Positions 17,355-27,308 of a stretch of 40,850 nt of DNA are shown here, one piece after another. Origin of the DNA: Sulfurovum sp. (GTDB lineage Bacteria; Campylobacterota; Campylobacteria; Campylobacterales; Sulfurovaceae); contig WGDG01000116.1 of the NCBI GenBank assembly GCA_015493425.1, positions 1 through 40,850 of the forward strand. Direction: 5' to 3'. Position 1 is the stretch's first letter. Every line of letters starts with the position of its first letter. Both the position numbers and the translations under genes were made by a program. The notes below the pieces were generated by a model. It made no database searches. It was given only the letters and a program-made list of their open reading frames with translations, and was not told the DNA's origin.

Positions 17355-18779
17355 ATGTCCATCCCAAAGTCTATCTTCCGTGAATATGACATCCGCGGTA
17401 TTTTTGAAAAAGAGCTCAATGAAGAGAGCGTCAAACGCATCGGTTACCATCTCGGCCAAAAGATCGGCGGCAACCGTATCGTTGCCATCGGTTACGATGC
17501 CCGTTCCCACTCACCTAAATTGCGGGACTATCTCACTTCAGGCCTCAATGCCGCAGGCTGTACCGTACTTGACATGGGTATGGTCGCCACCCCAGTCAAC
17601 TACTTCGCCAACTACCAACCCATTAAAACCCTCACCCCCAATCCTCAATCCTCAATCCTCAATCCTCAATTGGACGCATCAATCGATGCGTCCATTATGA
17701 TTACCGGATCACACAATCCTCCCGAATACAACGGCTTCAAGATTACGGTTGACCGTGCACCCTTCTTTGGTGATGCCATCTATACACTTGGAGATGAAGT
17801 GCTTGCAGACAGCCAGAGAGTCATTACAGACAATACAAAAACAATAAATATTGATGTCAAAACCCCCTACATTCACTTTATGGTCAATGAATTTACCCAC
17901 CTCAAAGGACTGGGGCAGAAGATCGTGCTTGACTGCGGCAACGGGGTAGCCGGAACTGTCATTACCGATATCTTCGATGCTCTGGCACTTGACTACCGGG
18001 GGCTCTACTGTGAACCTGACGGCACCTTTCCCAACCATCACCCCGACCCCAGCGAAGAGAAGAACCTTGCCGACCTCAAAGCGGCATTGGCACAGGAGGG
18101 AGACATCGGCTTTGCCTACGACGGTGATGCAGACCGCATTGCGGTACTGACACACAGACACAATATCAAAGGTGACCAGATGGCACTGCTCTTTGCCCTT
18201 GGTATGGAAAACCCCACGGTTATCGGTGAAGTGAAGTGCTCACAGGTCATGTATGATGAACTGGAACGCCGAGGCGCGAAAACGATCATGTACAAGACCG
18301 GGCACTCCAACCTCAAAGTCAAAATGAAAGAGACCAATGCTGATCTTGCCTGTGAAGTAAGCGGCCATATCTTTTTCAAACACCGTTATTTCGGCTATGA
18401 TGATGCTATATACGCCACACTCAGAATGCTCGAACTCATTGCACAGGGCATTGACCTCGATGCTGAAATAGAAGCACTCCCGGAAGTCTTTTCTACGGAA
18501 GAGATCAAAGTAGAGACTACTGAAGAGGAAAAGTTCGCCATTATCGATGCTGTCAAAACACTGCTTGAAAACCCGCCGGCAGATTTCCCGGCCATACAAA
18601 GCATCATTGATGTCGACGGTGTACGTATCAATTTCGAAAAAGGCTGGGGACTGGTACGCGCTTCCAATACAACTCCTGTCCTCGTAACACGCTTTGAATC
18701 GACCGACAAAGAGCTTGCAAAGCTGTACGAAACAAAGGTGAACGCATTGATAGAAGAGGCGAAAGGCACACTATGCTAA
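17355..18779 (+). CDS. Phosphomannomutase/phosphoglucomutase (AlgC-like) with a repeat-derived insertion
   Basis: IFREYDIRG, TGSHNP, DGDADR, EVSGH and RASNT motifs; start ATG 17355 after AAAGGA; TATAAT at 17319-17324. Confidence 0.93.
   Translation: MSIPKSIFREYDIRGIFEKELNEESVKRIGYHLGQKIGGNRIVAIGYDARSHSPKLRDYLTSGLNAAGCTVLDMGMVATPVNYFANYQPIKTLTPNPQSSILNPQLDASIDASIMITGSHNPPEYNGFKITVDRAPFFGDAIYTLGDEVLADSQRVITDNTKTINIDVKTPYIHFMVNEFTHLKGLGQKIVLDCGNGVAGTVITDIFDALALDYRGLYCEPDGTFPNHHPDPSEEKNLADLKAALAQEGDIGFAYDGDADRIAVLTHRHNIKGDQMALLFALGMENPTVIGEVKCSQVMYDELERRGAKTIMYKTGHSNLKVKMKETNADLACEVSGHIFFKHRYFGYDDAIYATLRMLELIAQGIDLDAEIEALPEVFSTEEIKVETTEEEKFAIIDAVKTLLENPPADFPAIQSIIDVDGVRINFEKGWGLVRASNTTPVLVTRFESTDKELAKLYETKVNALIEEAKGTLC
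17640..17694. repeat. In-frame (AATCCTC)x4 array plus 10-bp hairpin inside the phosphomutase gene
   Basis: AATCCTC x4 + AAT (17640-17670) then TGGACGCATC-aatc-GATGCGTCCA (17671-17694). Confidence 0.92.
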
Positions 18780-19993
18780 ACCGTCTTCACTTCACCTTCA
18801 GTGACGAAAAAACCAAACTGCACGCTTTTGATGCCATACAGAGAGAACAGCACAACATCGGCTACTATAATCTGCCTGAACAGGACACTGCGCCTGTCCA
18901 TACCTACTGTGACACTATCGACGATACCATTGACACTATTGTTGTCATCGGTATTGGCGGCAGTTCCCTCGGGGCGAAAGCAGTCTATGAGTTCATTAAA
19001 CCGACCCGCACACTCCAACGTAAACTCTATTTTTTTGAAAGTACCGACCCGGTCAATATTGCTGCACTGTTGGAGAAGATCAACTTTGAAACAAGCCATT
19101 TCCTAGTCATTTCCAAGTCCGGTACCACGGTAGAAACATTTTCCATTTATAAATACCTCTTTAACCTTCACAGCAACCCTGCAAGCTATACGTTTATTAC
19201 TGACCCGGGCTCTCCTTTGGAGCAGTATGCAAAAAGTATCGATGCTGCGATACTGCACCTCCCCGAAAATGTCGGCGGCCGTTTTTCTGTCCTCTCTGTG
19301 GTCGGTCTGGTACCACTGGCACTCTGCGGTATCGACATTGACAATCTGCTTTCGGGAGCCAGGTATGTCAAAGAGAGCTTTTTTAGCGACGGCTACCTTA
19401 AAGAGATGCTGCTGACCAAGGCAGCCTTCTATGCCAAACACCACGCACAGTACCACATCAACTGTCTCTTTGCCTACTCTGAAGCACTCAAGTACTTCTG
19501 TGAATGGTATGTACAGCTGTGGGGAGAGAGTCTTGGCAAACACCAGCGCCACTCTGCATTCAATGTCGGGCTCACACCTATCGGACTCATCGGTCCCAAA
19601 GACCAGCACTCCTTTTTGCAACTCATTATGGAAGGGACACGTGACAAATCCGTAACATTCATCAAAATAGAAGATTTTCATGACAAAACCCAAATTCCGC
19701 AACGTACCCTCGAACATCTCGAATCACTCGATGTACTCAACGGTCTTGGGTTTGCCGAACTGATCAATATGCAGTGTGACTCCGTTACCGAAGCACTGCT
19801 TGCACAGGAAGACATCCCCGTCGATACGCTGGTACTTGACAGTATCGATGAAGCGACAATCGGAAAACTCATCTTCTACTACGAACTGCTCACTTCACTG
19901 GTAGGAGAACTGATCGATGTCAACACATACGATCAGCCTGGTGTGGAAGCTGGGAAAATCATTCTGAAGCAAAAGCTTAAAAACAGATCTTAG
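18773..19993 (+). CDS. pgi: Glucose-6-phosphate isomerase
   Basis: GIGGSSLG, ISKSGTT.ET, VGGRFS, QLWGESLGK and DQPGVEAGK motifs. Confidence 0.95.
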   Translation: MLNRLHFTFSDEKTKLHAFDAIQREQHNIGYYNLPEQDTAPVHTYCDTIDDTIDTIVVIGIGGSSLGAKAVYEFIKPTRTLQRKLYFFESTDPVNIAALLEKINFETSHFLVISKSGTTVETFSIYKYLFNLHSNPASYTFITDPGSPLEQYAKSIDAAILHLPENVGGRFSVLSVVGLVPLALCGIDIDNLLSGARYVKESFFSDGYLKEMLLTKAAFYAKHHAQYHINCLFAYSEALKYFCEWYVQLWGESLGKHQRHSAFNVGLTPIGLIGPKDQHSFLQLIMEGTRDKSVTFIKIEDFHDKTQIPQRTLEHLESLDVLNGLGFAELINMQCDSVTEALLAQEDIPVDTLVLDSIDEATIGKLIFYYELLTSLVGELIDVNTYDQPGVEAGKIILKQKLKNRS

Positions 19994-21705
19994 TTTGCCT
20001 GCTTCAGTGTACTGCTGGCCAGTTTTTTAAATTCTTCCGAGGAGACAAGCAGTTCACTGTACGTCCCTCTGCTCTCTATCTTCCCACCCTTGAATACCAA
20101 AATTTCATCGGCATGTTCAATGGTTGTCAGTCGGTGCGCAACAATAAACGTGATCATCTCCTCTTTGAGCGCTTCAAGCGCCTGCTGGATCGCTTTTTCA
20201 CTCTTATTGTCCAGCGCAGATGTCGCCTCATCCAAAATGAGTACATCGGGGTCTTTATAGAGTGCACGTGCCAGGGCGATACGCTGACGCTGCCCGCCGC
20301 TAAGGTTGGTTCCAAACTCATCAAGAGGTGTATGAATACCTTCCGGCAGCGCTTCCACAAACTCCCAGGCATGGGCACGCTCGAGTGCACGGACAACACG
20401 TACTTCATCCACCGTTTCACCGTAAGCGACATTCTTAGCCACAGTATCCTGGAAAATGAAGATGCGCTGGGTCACAAATGCAATCTTTTGATGCAGTGAA
20501 TGAAGGGTGTAGTCACGAATATCATCATCGTTGACATAAATGGTTCCCGAAGTAACATCATAAAAACGCACCATCAGGTTGACAAGACTGCTCTTGCCTG
20601 CACCGCTGTCACCCACCAGTGCATACACCTTCCCCTTGACAGCATCGATATTGATATGTTCCAGTGCCGTTTTGTCACCATATTTCAAAGAGACGTCATC
20701 GAAGCGGATACGGTCAATATGCGTCAGTTCTTTCGGACCGGAGACAATAGTGGGTTCAGTCTTGAACAGTTCGTCAATCCGTTCGGTGGCGGCAATGGCA
20801 TCCTGCATCTGATTGTGTACATTGGAGAGTTTTTTAATGGGATCGTACAGCATAAAAAGTGCCGTTACAAATGCAAAGAAACTTCCCACTGTCATATGTC
20901 CATCAATAACTTCATTTGCACCGACATAAATGGTAACAGCGATAGCTACAGAGCCAAACAATTCAAGTGCCGGACTCACCAGCGCATTGGTACGGCTCTG
21001 CTTCATAGAGAGCTTGAAGAAGTTCATATTTTCATCGCTGAAACGCCGCTGTTCATACTTCTGTGAAGAGTTTGACTTGATAATTTCAATGTTATTGAAT
21101 ATTTCTGTCAGGCGCGACGTCAGATCGGCATTGCTCTCCTGTGAACGGGTAGAGTACTTCTTCATCCGTTTGGCAAGCAGTTGCAGCGGCAACAACGCCA
21201 GCGGCATCACTACCAGAAAATAAAAGGCCAGCTTCGGACTCTGCCAAATAACATACCCTGTCAATGTGACAATAAGCATTGCATTGATCAGTACACTTGG
21301 TATGAGACCGGAAACAACATTCTGGATACGTGCAATATCATTTGTTGTACGACTGAGCAGTTCTCCGTTTCGCATGCTGTTCAAAAAAGCCATATCCTGA
21401 TACATCAGATGCAAAGAGAGCTTGTTGCGTATTTTTCTGACAATATCATTGCCGATATAGACAGTATAGTAGGTTTGCACATACTTTCCAAGTGACTTCA
21501 CAAAAAAGACTGCGACAATAGCAAAGGGGATCAGCTTGAGCATCTCTCGGTCTTTGGCAATGAATACCTGATCGAGAACCGGTTTGAGTAAATGTGCAGA
21601 AGCCGTTGTACCGACTGCTACCGCAACCATACCGAGGACAGCATAGAGAAACTCCCGCTTGTACTCGGAAAGATAGGGAAGAAAATAGAGAAAGAGTTTT
21701 TTCAT
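19990..21705 (-). CDS. msbA: ABC transporter ATP-binding/permease, MsbA-like lipid A-core flippase
   Basis: TM domain plus GDSGAGKS, LSGGQRQR and DEATSALD; adjacent to LPS genes (substrate inferred). Confidence 0.75.
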   Translation of the reverse strand: MKKLFLYFLPYLSEYKREFLYAVLGMVAVAVGTTASAHLLKPVLDQVFIAKDREMLKLIPFAIVAVFFVKSLGKYVQTYYTVYIGNDIVRKIRNKLSLHLMYQDMAFLNSMRNGELLSRTTNDIARIQNVVSGLIPSVLINAMLIVTLTGYVIWQSPKLAFYFLVVMPLALLPLQLLAKRMKKYSTRSQESNADLTSRLTEIFNNIEIIKSNSSQKYEQRRFSDENMNFFKLSMKQSRTNALVSPALELFGSVAIAVTIYVGANEVIDGHMTVGSFFAFVTALFMLYDPIKKLSNVHNQMQDAIAATERIDELFKTEPTIVSGPKELTHIDRIRFDDVSLKYGDKTALEHINIDAVKGKVYALVGDSGAGKSSLVNLMVRFYDVTSGTIYVNDDDIRDYTLHSLHQKIAFVTQRIFIFQDTVAKNVAYGETVDEVRVVRALERAHAWEFVEALPEGIHTPLDEFGTNLSGGQRQRIALARALYKDPDVLILDEATSALDNKSEKAIQQALEALKEEMITFIVAHRLTTIEHADEILVFKGGKIESRGTYSELLVSSEEFKKLASSTLKQAN

Positions 21706-21772
21706 TGGCTAATTTTAGCATTTGAACCTTACAACGATGTTTTCGGTATACTTTCATAAAAAAGGCAGAACG

Positions 21773-22294
21773 ATGCGGGCAGTTTTCCTGGACAGGGACG
21801 GGGTGATCAATATAGAGAAAGAGTACCTGCATACCGTTGAAGCATTCGAATTCATTGACGGTGTTTTTGACGCTTGCAGACATTTTCAACACCTTGGCTA
21901 CAAACTTGTCATTGTGACCAATCAGTCAGGCATCGGCCGGGGCTTCTATACGGAAGATGATTTTGAGACACTGACGCTATGGATGCTCGAACAGTTCCGC
22001 AAACACGGTGTGCTGATTGATGCTGTCTACCACTGCCCACATACTCCGGATACTGCCTGCAGCTGCCGAAAACCAAATCCGGGTATGCTGCTTCAGGCAG
22101 CACAGGAACACAGTCTCAATCTTTCCGACTCCTGGATGATCGGGGGCAAAGAGAGCGCTATTGAAGCTGCGCTTGCAGCAGGGATCGGCCATACCATTCT
22201 GGTCAGAAGCGGCCATGCTATTAATGAAAAAGAAAGCCGGGCAGACTATCTCTTAGACTCTATTAAAGAGAGTATCGATATAATTAAATCCTAA
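21773..22294 (+). CDS. gmhB: D-glycero-D-manno-heptose 1,7-bisphosphate phosphatase (motif IV altered)
   Basis: FLDRDGVIN, VTNQSGIGRG and CPH...CSCRKP motifs; start ATG 21773. Confidence 0.88.
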   Translation: MRAVFLDRDGVINIEKEYLHTVEAFEFIDGVFDACRHFQHLGYKLVIVTNQSGIGRGFYTEDDFETLTLWMLEQFRKHGVLIDAVYHCPHTPDTACSCRKPNPGMLLQAAQEHSLNLSDSWMIGGKESAIEAALAAGIGHTILVRSGHAINEKESRADYLLDSIKESIDIIKS

Positions 22295-22312
22295 CTTTCA
22301 GCAGGGAGTACC

Positions 22313-23329
22313 ATGCGCTATAACGATATCGATTTCAATCATAAAACCATTCTTATTACCGGCGGTGCAGGTTTCATCGGCGCTAATCTGGCTTTTTATT
22401 TTCAGGAGCACTTTCCTCAAAGCCGCATTGTCATTTTTGACAAATTCCGCAGTGAAGAGACCTTTTCCAACGGCAACTTGAAAAGTTTCGGACACTACAA
22501 GAACCTCATCGGATTTCACGGCGACATCATTTGTGGAGATCTCACTGATGAAGCTACACTGAAAAACCTTGAAAAGACATATCCTTTTGACTATATTTTC
22601 CATGAAGCAGCCATTTCAGACACACGCGTATATGACCAGGAGGTCATTATGCAAACCAATGTCAACAGTTTCTACCCGATTTTGGAAATGGCAAAACGGA
22701 TGGATGCCACGCTTGTCTACGCCTCGTCCGCAGCGACATACGGCTCTCTTCCTTCTCCACAGACTGTCGGGAAAGAAGCACCGGAAAACCCTTACGGGTT
22801 CAGCAAATATGCCATGGATCAGATCGCCTACCGATACATGCGTGAACATCCTGACATGCGTATTGTCGGCCTGAAATACTTTAACGTTTACGGTGCACGC
22901 GAGTTCTTCAAAGACAAGACAGCCTCCACTGTCATTCAGTTCGGACACCAGATCCTTTCTGGCAAAGCGCCACGCCTCTTTGAAGGAAGCGACAAGATTG
23001 TACGGGACTTTGTCTATATTAAAGATGTCATTCAGGCAAATATCAAAGCGTGTGATGCCAAACGCAACGGTGTATTCAACGTCGGAACAGGCAAACCGAG
23101 AAGCTTTCAGGACATTGCCGACATTCTGCAAAAAGAGCTTGGCACAGACTATGGTACAGAGTACTTTCCCAACCCTTACACCGGATACCAGATGCACACA
23201 CAGGCAGAAATAGCTACGACCAAAGAGGCACTTGGCTACGAGCCGGAGTGGGAACTTGAAGAAGGTATCAAAGACTATCTGCCCGAAATTGTCCGTATGT
23301 ATGAAGAAGAGGTCAAACCCGCCCAATGA
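22313..23329 (+). CDS. hldD: ADP-L-glycero-D-manno-heptose 6-epimerase
   Basis: TGGAGFIG, HEAAISDT, YASSAATYG, YGFSK and YFNVYG motifs; heptose operon context. Confidence 0.92.
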   Translation: MRYNDIDFNHKTILITGGAGFIGANLAFYFQEHFPQSRIVIFDKFRSEETFSNGNLKSFGHYKNLIGFHGDIICGDLTDEATLKNLEKTYPFDYIFHEAAISDTRVYDQEVIMQTNVNSFYPILEMAKRMDATLVYASSAATYGSLPSPQTVGKEAPENPYGFSKYAMDQIAYRYMREHPDMRIVGLKYFNVYGAREFFKDKTASTVIQFGHQILSGKAPRLFEGSDKIVRDFVYIKDVIQANIKACDAKRNGVFNVGTGKPRSFQDIADILQKELGTDYGTEYFPNPYTGYQMHTQAEIATTKEALGYEPEWELEEGIKDYLPEIVRMYEEEVKPAQ

Positions 23330-24753
23330 TAGCGCTCAAATCTTATACCCCCCGCATTCTTGTTGTCGGCGACCTGATGATAGACCACTACCTCTGGGGA
23401 AAGTGTGAACGTATCTCTCCCGAGGCTCCGGTACAGGTTGTTGCCGTTGAGAAAGAGACTTCCGTACTTGGCGGTGCGGGAAATGTCATTAACAATCTCA
23501 AGGCACTGGGTGCCGACGTGGATGTCATTAGCGTTGTCGGCGACGATGCAAGTGCCAATGAGCTGCGGTCTTTACTGCAAGACATTGGTGTCCGTGATGA
23601 ACAATTGATCACACAGCAGGGGCGCGCCACTTCCAAAAAGAGCCGCATTATCGCCTCCCAGCAACAGGTCGTCCGCTATGACAAAGAGAGTACGGACGAT
23701 ATCGATGAAGCAACACAACAAACACTTTTGGCACACTTCTCAGCTCTCCTGCCCGATTACGATGCCGTACTGCTCTCTGATTACGGCAAAGGAGTGCTTA
23801 CCACCGAACTTACCAAAGCGCTTATTGCAGCAGCTAACCATGCAGACAAAAAGGTACTTGTCGACCCCAAAGGGAAAGACTATAGCAAATACAGCGGTGC
23901 CTATCTGCTCACACCCAACAAAAAAGAGGCAGCAGAAGCTTCCGGTATTGACATTAATACGCAGAAAGCGCTCCAGAAAGCCATTGCACATCTCAAAGCA
24001 CAGTGCAACCTGAGTGTCTCACTCATTACCCTCAGTGAAGAAGGCATTGCTGTTTACGATGAAAGTCTACGCATCCATCCTACCGTTGCACGTGAAGTCT
24101 ACGACGTTACCGGTGCGGGCGATACTGTACTGGCTTCACTTGGATTTGCCCTCTCCTGCGGCTACGACATTGACAGTGCCGTAAAGTTCGCCAATCTTGC
24201 TGCAGGCGTTGTCGTCGGCAAGATCGGTTCAGCCACAGCTACCCTCAATGAAATTATCGAATATGAGTCGAGCCTGAACAAATCGACCAGCGACTCGCAT
24301 ATCAAAACGTTTGAAGAGATTTCCCTTTTGAGTGAAGAGCTCAAAAAACGCGGCAAAACAATCGTCTTTACCAACGGTTGTTTCGACATTCTTCATGTAG
24401 GTCACGTCAAGTATCTCGAAGAGGCTAAAAGCTACGGTGATGTTCTGATTGTCGGACTCAATAGCGATACCAGTGTCAAAAGGCTGAAAGGTTCTACCCG
24501 TCCGGTCAACCCCCAGGAGGATCGCGCCTATATTCTTGCCGCACTTGAAGCAGTAGACTATGTGGTGATTTTTGAAGATGATACTCCTTACGACCTCATC
24601 AAAACTGTCCAGCCGCATATTCTTGTCAAAGGCGGTGACTACGAAGGCAAAACCGTTGTAGGGCAAGATATTGCCGATGAACTTCGACTGGTACAGTTTG
24701 TCGACGGCAAAAGCACCACAAAAATCATTGAAAAAATAAGTACCCAATGTTAG
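23326..24753 (+). CDS. hldE: Bifunctional heptose 7-phosphate kinase / heptose 1-phosphate adenylyltransferase
   Basis: [35 protein letters not shown] and VKGGDY motifs. Confidence 0.96.
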   Translation: MIALKSYTPRILVVGDLMIDHYLWGKCERISPEAPVQVVAVEKETSVLGGAGNVINNLKALGADVDVISVVGDDASANELRSLLQDIGVRDEQLITQQGRATSKKSRIIASQQQVVRYDKESTDDIDEATQQTLLAHFSALLPDYDAVLLSDYGKGVLTTELTKALIAAANHADKKVLVDPKGKDYSKYSGAYLLTPNKKEAAEASGIDINTQKALQKAIAHLKAQCNLSVSLITLSEEGIAVYDESLRIHPTVAREVYDVTGAGDTVLASLGFALSCGYDIDSAVKFANLAAGVVVGKIGSATATLNEIIEYESSLNKSTSDSHIKTFEEISLLSEELKKRGKTIVFTNGCFDILHVGHVKYLEEAKSYGDVLIVGLNSDTSVKRLKGSTRPVNPQEDRAYILAALEAVDYVVIFEDDTPYDLIKTVQPHILVKGGDYEGKTVVGQDIADELRLVQFVDGKSTTKIIEKISTQC

Positions 24754-24764
24754 AAGGAAATTTT

Positions 24765-25337
24765 ATGCAAGCCTCACTTGACACCATTGAAAAAGAGTTT
24801 AACGCACACAAAGAGACGATTGAAAAAACTATTGAAACACTGCCGCAAAAACTTGCCGATGCTTCCCAGATGGCGGTCATGACACTGCAAAACGGCAACA
24901 AGATCCTGCTATGCGGTAACGGAGGTTCGGCCGCCGATGCCCAGCATATTGCCGCGGAACTCACCGGACGCTACAAAAGCGAACGAAGAGGACTTCCGGG
25001 CATCGCACTGACAACAGATACATCGGCACTGACTGCCATCGGAAACGACTACGGCTACGATCGCGTATTCGACCGTCAGGTAGAAGCGCTTGCACGGCCA
25101 GGGGATCTGATCATCGGTATCTCCACCAGCGGAAACTCTGCCAACGTCCTTTCCGCCCTCTCCCTTGCCAAAGAACTTGGGTGTACTACCATGGGGTTTT
25201 CCGGGAGAGACGGCGGAAAAATGAACGAGGTTTGTGACATTAACCTCGTTGTCCCCTCAAACGACACCCCCCGCATTCAGGAGATGCACATCCTCTTTGG
25301 TCATACCATCTGCCAAATTATAGACGATGCCTTTTAG
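24765..25337 (+). CDS. gmhA: Phosphoheptose isomerase
   Basis: [26 protein letters not shown] and RIQEMH motifs; start ATG 24765 after AAGGA. Confidence 0.96.
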   Translation: MQASLDTIEKEFNAHKETIEKTIETLPQKLADASQMAVMTLQNGNKILLCGNGGSAADAQHIAAELTGRYKSERRGLPGIALTTDTSALTAIGNDYGYDRVFDRQVEALARPGDLIIGISTSGNSANVLSALSLAKELGCTTMGFSGRDGGKMNEVCDINLVVPSNDTPRIQEMHILFGHTICQIIDDAF

Positions 25338-26287
25338 TGGCCTATAGTTTTTACTGCTTCCAAAACATCGTTGGCGTCGATGCGTGTCATACATTCGTGA
25401 TGCCCCAGCGGGCAGGTACGCTTCATGCAGGGGGCACACGCCATCTCTTTTTTGACAATCATCCCTTTGGGGTTCTTCCACTGTGATGTTTCGGCATCTT
25501 TTGTGGAACCGAAGAGTGCCACAGTTGGTACACCGAATGCTGCAGCCACATGCATGGGTCCACTGTCTCCGGTAATGAACAGATCAAGCGATGCGATTTT
25601 TTTCATAAGCTCAGGTACACTTGTCTTGCCTGCCAGGTTTTCATAGTTGGCTACCCCTGCCTTTTTCAGCCCCGCCTCGATGTCTGCCGCGATATCCGCT
25701 TCTCCAGGGCCGCCAAAGATGACGATGTCATACGCTTTTGAGAGTGCCGTGGCCACTTCGGCGAACTTCTCCGGATACCATCGCTTTGCACTACCGTAAC
25801 TCGCCCCGGGATTGATGCCGACATACTTTTTTTCAGCACTTTTGGTAAGAGTGTCCTGGGGCAGATAGAGCTTCAGCTTTCCGGGTTCTTCCGATTTCCA
25901 GCCAAAACAGCGCTCGACAAACCTGCTGTAACGCACCACCTGGTGCTGTACAATACCTTTTGCTTTACGATAGACGCACTTTTTTTCAGCTTTCAGAAAC
26001 CAAAAGAGAAACCGGCTGGCAACACTGCTGCGAAAAGAGAGTGCCGCATCGAACCCTCCTGCCTCATTGGCAAAGCGGTAAAGCCAAAAGTAGCGGTTGC
26101 TTCCCTTTCTACTGTTATCGACTACCACCGTCTCAACATTGGGGTGCGACAGAAACAACTGTGTCGACACATACGAACCAAAAAATGTGATCTTAACATC
26201 AGGATACGCAGCAACGATCCGCTCCAGCGCCGGTGTCGCCATCACAGCATCACCCATCCAGGTAGGCAGTTCAACGAACAGCTTCAT
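25334..26287 (-). CDS. waaF: LPS heptosyltransferase II (GT9)
   Basis: [21 protein letters not shown] and DSGPMH motifs, C..C....CP..HH.CM tail. Confidence 0.92.
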   Translation of the reverse strand: MKLFVELPTWMGDAVMATPALERIVAAYPDVKITFFGSYVSTQLFLSHPNVETVVVDNSRKGSNRYFWLYRFANEAGGFDAALSFRSSVASRFLFWFLKAEKKCVYRKAKGIVQHQVVRYSRFVERCFGWKSEEPGKLKLYLPQDTLTKSAEKKYVGINPGASYGSAKRWYPEKFAEVATALSKAYDIVIFGGPGEADIAADIEAGLKKAGVANYENLAGKTSVPELMKKIASLDLFITGDSGPMHVAAAFGVPTVALFGSTKDAETSQWKNPKGMIVKKEMACAPCMKRTCPLGHHECMTRIDANDVLEAVKTIGH

Positions 26288-27308
26288 CGATGACCCTCAG
26301 TGTCTCTTCTACATTTCTTTCAATGCCATAACAGCCTGCCTGCGCTTTGTTCTCGGCCTTTATCCTGGCAAGTTTTACAGGGTCGGCAAAAAGCGCTTCT
26401 ATTTTTTTCACTATTGCTGTATCATTTGGATTTTCCATGATGCATGCTTCATCGAGTATTTCGGAGGCGCCATTTTGACGTGTAGTAAACACAGCATTCT
26501 CAAACCACATCGCTTCAAGCACCACATTTGAAAACGGCTCGTAATGCGTAGGGAACAGGAAAATATCACTGACGGCATAAAAATCTTTCACATTATCCCT
26601 CGCACCTGTAAAATATACCCTTTCAGCCAATCCGAGCTCTTTCGCCAATGCTTCGTAGGTCTCCATTCGCTTCTCTTTTCCCACGACAAACGCTCTAAAA
26701 CGCTTTCCTTTCAGTTGCGAGAGTATCTGCAGGAACTCCTGAACTCCCTTGCGCTTGAAACCACTTCCGACATACAAAAACAGCATCTCATCCTCTTCCC
26801 ACATAAACTCCTGAATCAGCCGTTCCTTTGCAGCCTCTTTATCAACCGTTTCAAGCTTGATGCCGTTGTAAACCACTGCCACCTTCTGTGCAGCGATGCC
26901 ATACGTCTCGACAATCTGCTGTTTGATCATCTTCGAATTGGCAATGATGCGTTTGGCATTGTTAAAGCATCGCTTCTCCAGCATCATATAAACAGTGTGC
27001 AGCGGGTTGAGTATCGACTTCTTTTCCACCCCTACAAACACCCGGTGTACCCCGTCCCCTGCACGATAAATATCAGCGCAGCTAATACGCTCGAGAGAAA
27101 AGTAGAGTTCATTGTCACTTTTTTGTCGACACACTTCTGCATTGAAACGAAGCACACGCAGCCACGAAGGCAGCCATTTGGGGATCTTTGAATGCACTAC
27201 ACGGTGTGTAACACCCTTTTCTCTCAGCGCTTCAGAAAGACGTGAAAGATATACTTCCGCACCGCCATGTTTGGTTTTATTGGCGCGAATGAAGGTAATC
27301 GGTTTCAT
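26271..27308 (-). CDS. GT4 glycosyltransferase, WabG/RfaG-like core transferase
   Basis: GGAE, ERI..ADIYRAGDGVH, GSGFKRKG and YEPFSNVVLEA motifs. Confidence 0.8.
   Translation of the reverse strand: MKPITFIRANKTKHGGAEVYLSRLSEALREKGVTHRVVHSKIPKWLPSWLRVLRFNAEVCRQKSDNELYFSLERISCADIYRAGDGVHRVFVGVEKKSILNPLHTVYMMLEKRCFNNAKRIIANSKMIKQQIVETYGIAAQKVAVVYNGIKLETVDKEAAKERLIQEFMWEEDEMLFLYVGSGFKRKGVQEFLQILSQLKGKRFRAFVVGKEKRMETYEALAKELGLAERVYFTGARDNVKDFYAVSDIFLFPTHYEPFSNVVLEAMWFENAVFTTRQNGASEILDEACIMENPNDTAIVKKIEALFADPVKLARIKAENKAQAGCYGIERNVEETLRVIDEAVR

Noticed and set aside
16138-17367. 409-aa ORF antisense to der
   Set aside because: Mirror frame of a strongly codon-biased essential gene; no recognisable motifs.
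2356-17670. GAGGATT and AATCCTC arrays as ends of a 15-kb invertible or mobile segment
   Set aside because: They are inverted copies, but the enclosed genes are core housekeeping genes, no recombinase is present, and inversion would break the phosphomutase.
25500-25514. WaaF FGST instead of FGPT (similarly DHQVS for DHPVS in the epimerase)
   Set aside because: Single non-catalytic substitutions within plausible family variation; not enough to call decay.
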